DNA of 64,000 nt from an uncultured Bacilli bacterium (GTDB taxonomy: Bacteria; Bacillota_I; Bacilli_A; RF39; UBA660): positions 32,928-96,927 of the forward strand of contig CAKOZD010000001.1 of assembly GCA_934131175.1 (NCBI GenBank), in the 5' to 3' direction. The position numbers and the translations under genes were made by a program. Positions within the stretch are counted from its first letter, which is position 1. Every line of letters starts with the position of its first letter. Under the pieces are notes generated by a model that worked only from the letters and a program-made list of their open reading frames with translations, was not told where the DNA came from and made no database searches. Shown here piece by piece: positions 60,911-64,000 of the stretch.

Positions 60911-61905
60911 TAATTATTTTGTGCTTGTACTGCAGTAATGGCAATTACACCAACTATATCATCAGCAGAGCAACCTCTACTTAAGTCATTAATTGGAGAA
61001 GCAATTCCTTGAGTAATTGGTCCATAAGCTTCAGCCTTAGCAAGTCTTTGAACTAATTTATAACCGATATTACCAGCATCTAAGTCTGGGAATACTAAAA
61101 CATTAGCGTGTCCAGCAACTTCACTATTTGGTGCTTTAGAAGCAGCAACACTAGGTACAATAGCTGCATCTAATTGTAACTCGCCATCGATTTTATAATC
61201 TGGATAAGTTTCTTTAGCTATTTTGCAAGCTTCAACAACCTTATCAACATCTGCATGCTTTGCACTTCCTTTTGTTGAATGAGAAAGCATAGCAACAAGC
61301 GGTTCTTTTTCTACTAACAATTTAAAACTTTCAGCACTACTAGCAGCAATTGCAGCAAGTCTTTCTGGAGTTGGATTTTGCTCAAGACCGGAATCTGCAA
61401 AAACGAAAGTACCATCACTACCATATTCACAATTAGGAACAACCATTAAGAAAAATGCAGAAACAAGCATAACTCCAGGTTTAGTTTTAATAATTTGTAA
61501 TGAAGGTCTTAATGTATTAGCAGTTGAATGACAAGCGCCTGATACAACACCATCAGCACGACCAGTCTTTACTAACATACATGCATAATACATATAATCA
61601 GTTAATAATAATTTTTTAGCATCATCATAAGTAAGACCTTTATTCTTTCTTATTTCAACAAGTCCGTTTATTAATTCTTCAGTAATATCAGCAGTATTAG
61701 GATCAATAATTGTAGCCTTACTAATATCAAAGCCTTTAGAATTCTCATTAATTTCTTCAGGAGTACCAATAATTATAATATCAGCAATATCTTCTTTTAA
61801 AGCCTTATCAGCAGCCTCCATAGTTCTTTTATCCATTGATTCTGGTAGAACAATTCTCTTTTTATCCTTTTTAGCACGTAATTTAATACTATCAATAAAA
61901 TTCAT
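60910..61905 (-). CDS. pta: Phosphate acetyltransferase
   Basis: 331 aa PTA/PTB fold. MNFIDSIKLRAKKDKKRIV...SGACHSTANTLRPSLQI motifs. Confidence 0.85.
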   Translation of the reverse strand: MNFIDSIKLRAKKDKKRIVLPESMDKRTMEAADKALKEDIADIIIIGTPEEINENSKGFDISKATIIDPNTADITEELINGLVEIRKNKGLTYDDAKKLLLTDYMYYACMLVKTGRADGVVSGACHSTANTLRPSLQIIKTKPGVMLVSAFFLMVVPNCEYGSDGTFVFADSGLEQNPTPERLAAIAASSAESFKLLVEKEPLVAMLSHSTKGSAKHADVDKVVEACKIAKETYPDYKIDGELQLDAAIVPSVAASKAPNSEVAGHANVLVFPDLDAGNIGYKLVQRLAKAEAYGPITQGIASPINDLSRGCSADDIVGVIAITAVQAQNN

Positions 61906-61918
61906 AATTTACCTCTTT

Positions 61919-62452
61919 CTATTTATCTTCATTTAATATTTCGTATATTTCCCTTTTTTCATTATTATAAAATTCTTTCTTTTTAAATCTTCTAAAAAAA
62001 GCAATTATATTAGATGGAAAAGACATAATTAATTGATTAAATTCAACAACAGTATCATTATAGAACTTAATTGCTCCAACAATATCCTCTTCATTATCAT
62101 TTAAATCTTCTAAAATAGAAACTAATGATTCACTTTTAAACAACTTCTCATTTTCATCTAAAGTTTTAAATAATTCGTTATAGCATTTCTTTAGAGTATC
62201 GTGTAACGAAAAATTATTAACATCATCAAAAGATTCATCTAGTTCATCTAAAAAACTTTCTAATTTTAGTTCCTTTTTTATTGTAGGTCGACATCTATCA
62301 AGTAGTTCTTTCTTTTTATCTAAGTAAAGACTTATATCCTCTTCAGCTTTATCTATTTTTATAATAGAAAATTGAAATTTATTATTAATAATTATTATCA
62401 TTATTAATAAAATACTTATTAAAACAATCACACCTAAAATAATTTCTAGCAT
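61919..62452 (-). CDS. lemA: LemA-family protein
   Basis: N-terminal TM. LemA motif IKFYNDTVVEFNQLIMSFPSNIIAFFRRFKKKEFY. Confidence 0.7.
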   Translation of the reverse strand: MLEIILGVIVLISILLIMIIIINNKFQFSIIKIDKAEEDISLYLDKKKELLDRCRPTIKKELKLESFLDELDESFDDVNNFSLHDTLKKCYNELFKTLDENEKLFKSESLVSILEDLNDNEEDIVGAIKFYNDTVVEFNQLIMSFPSNIIAFFRRFKKKEFYNNEKREIYEILNEDK

Positions 62453-62514
62453 CTTACACCTCCAACTATCTAGATTATATCACATCACAATAAAAGAGAA
62501 AATAATTTCTCTTT

Positions 62515-64000
62515 TCAATTACTTGTAATTTCATCAAATGTAGTATCTGTTTCTTTAGGCTCAGTTCCTTTTAAAAAATACATCAATTTTTGCTTTTTGT
62601 CACTTTCAGTTGCTGGTTTTCCAGAAATTGGTTCTACAAGCATACCAACAACATTTTTAGGTTTTTCATACCAAACATCTTCATCTTTCATATCTTTCTC
62701 ATAACTTTCTACAGTTTTATACCAAATATTTTGAGCATATTTATAATCCTTTTTAGATAGTTCTTTATTATTATCATATCCAACCCATACAGCACACACA
62801 ATCTTTTTATTAAAACCAATATTCCAATTATCTCCATTAGTAGTACCACTTTTTAAAGCATAGGTATGAGTTAATTTTCCATTAAGTCCAATACCCGTTG
62901 GATAATTATAATCAACATATAATGGATCATAAGTTGCTGTAAGCATATTATTTAGAATATATACAAGTGAAGAATTTAAAACTAGTTCTTTATTTTTTTT
63001 ATATTCATAGAGAACTTCTCCTTTACCATTTTCAATCTTTTCAATAAAATGTCCCTCTACTTTATATCCTTCATTTGCAAAAGCAGCATATCCTTGAGCC
63101 ATTTCAATTATATTTATTTCATTGGTACCTAAAGGAAGAGAAGGAACACTTTCAAGTTTTGATTTAATTCCAACTCTTCTTGCGACATTGATAAGAGCAT
63201 CATATCCTAAAAACATATGTGTTTTAACAGCATATATATTATCACTATAAGCAATAGCAGTAGCCATACTTATAGCTTTATTTCCATATTTATCATTATA
63301 ATTAACTGGTGAATATGTCTTGCCATTCTCTAAAGGAAAAGTTGTCTTTTCACTTGTAAAAGCAGTACTAGAAGTAAAACCATTTTCTAATGCAGCATAA
63401 TATAAATAAGGTTTCATAGTAGATCCTACCTGCCTTTTGGAAGAAATTGCACGATTATAAGTAGAATTATTATAGTCTCTTCCTCCAATAAGTGCCATTA
63501 TACCACCGTTTTCTGGATTCATTACAACACTAGAAGTCTCTATTTTAGAATCATCTGGAAAAGTATTTTTTACATTTTCTTCAAGACTACTTTGAATATC
63601 ATAATTAAAGTTTGTATATATTTTTAACCCATTATAATCACTATAATTTCTTGGAATACTATCAATACTCTCAAGTTCATTCATAACCGCATCAATATAG
63701 TAATTTATACTGGTTAAATTTTCTTTATCAGAATTTGCTGTAATAGTAAGTTCTTCACTATAAGCTTTATCTTTCTCACTTGATGAAATAATTCCGTTAT
63801 TTACTAAAGCATTTAATACAACAAGTTGTCTCTTTTTAGCATTTTCAAAATTTATAATAGGAGAATATATACTAGGAGCCTTTGGAATACCACTAAGCAT
63901 AGAAGCTTCAGCTAAATCTAAATCTTTACTACTTTTATTAAAATAAAACTTAGAAGCATTCTCAATTCCATATTTTCCATGACCATAATTAATAGTATTT
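62515..64000 (-). CDS. Class A penicillin-binding protein (PBP1A-type), N-terminus off-window
   Basis: Transpeptidase motifs STMKP, SDN and KSGTT. Hand translation of 63901..64000 continues the frame into the glycosyltransferase motif (YGHGKYGIENASKFYFNKS...LAEASMLSGIPKAPS), so the listed Met is internal. Confidence 0.88.
   Translation of the reverse strand, partial: NTINYGHGKYGIENASKFYFNKSSKDLDLAEASMLSGIPKAPSIYSPIINFENAKKRQLVVLNALVNNGIISSSEKDKAYSEELTITANSDKENLTSINYYIDAVMNELESIDSIPRNYSDYNGLKIYTNFNYDIQSSLEENVKNTFPDDSKIETSSVVMNPENGGIMALIGGRDYNNSTYNRAISSKRQVGSTMKPYLYYAALENGFTSSTAFTSEKTTFPLENGKTYSPVNYNDKYGNKAISMATAIAYSDNIYAVKTHMFLGYDALINVARRVGIKSKLESVPSLPLGTNEINIIEMAQGYAAFANEGYKVEGHFIEKIENGKGEVLYEYKKNKELVLNSSLVYILNNMLTATYDPLYVDYNYPTGIGLNGKLTHTYALKSGTTNGDNWNIGFNKKIVCAVWVGYDNNKELSKKDYKYAQNIWYKTVESYEKDMKDEDVWYEKPKNVVGMLVEPISGKPATESDKKQKLMYFLKGTEPKETDTTFDEITSN

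Overview
Very AT-rich (~25-28% GC by eye) chromosomal origin region of an endospore-forming Firmicute (clostridial or reduced-genome type). Sporulation markers spoVG, yabP, yabQ, yabG, veg, bofA-like and ricT/yaaT are present. Gene orientation switches at dnaA: everything to its left is on the minus strand, everything to its right on the plus strand.

Gene order reading outward from dnaA on the minus strand: dnaA, dnaN, comK-like, recF, gyrB, gyrA, a 750-bp non-coding centromere-like region, ffs (SRP RNA), tadA, dnaX, ybaB, recR, bofA-like, holB, ricT, a methyltransferase, rsmI, pth, mfd, a hypothetical, metG with a T-box leader, tatD, two paralogous secreted proteins plus a SipW-type signal peptidase, rsmA, yabG, veg, spoVG, yabP, yabQ, divIC, tilS, ftsH, mscL, a hypothetical, dus, an RDD protein, lysS, and a 3'-truncated YfcC-like transporter.

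Gene order to the right of dnaA on the plus strand: rpmH, rnpA, yidC, jag, mnmE, mnmG, rsmG, noc-like, soj, spo0J/parB, an MscS-family channel, DUF951, an AbgT transporter, ychF, a PgeF-like protein, rpsF-ssb-rpsR, a DHH phosphoesterase, rplI, the replicative helicase, a LysM-G5-M23 peptidase, yycJ-like MBL, rlmH, ung and a class I fba. On the minus strand at the right end are pta, lemA and a class A PBP that runs off the window.

oriC is bipartite, with DnaA-box clusters upstream of dnaA and between dnaA and dnaN. The box variant is TTTTCCACA.

The most notable unannotated structure is in the gyrA-ffs intergenic region. It holds three parS sites (TGTTTCACGTGAAACA) and two Noc-binding sites (ATTTCCCGGGAAAT). 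Each parS is preceded by a DnaA-box-like 9-mer. Both cognate genes are in the window: a Spo0J-type ParB and a Noc-type paralog with an unusual C-terminal extension.

No rRNA, tRNA, CRISPR or mobile element was found.
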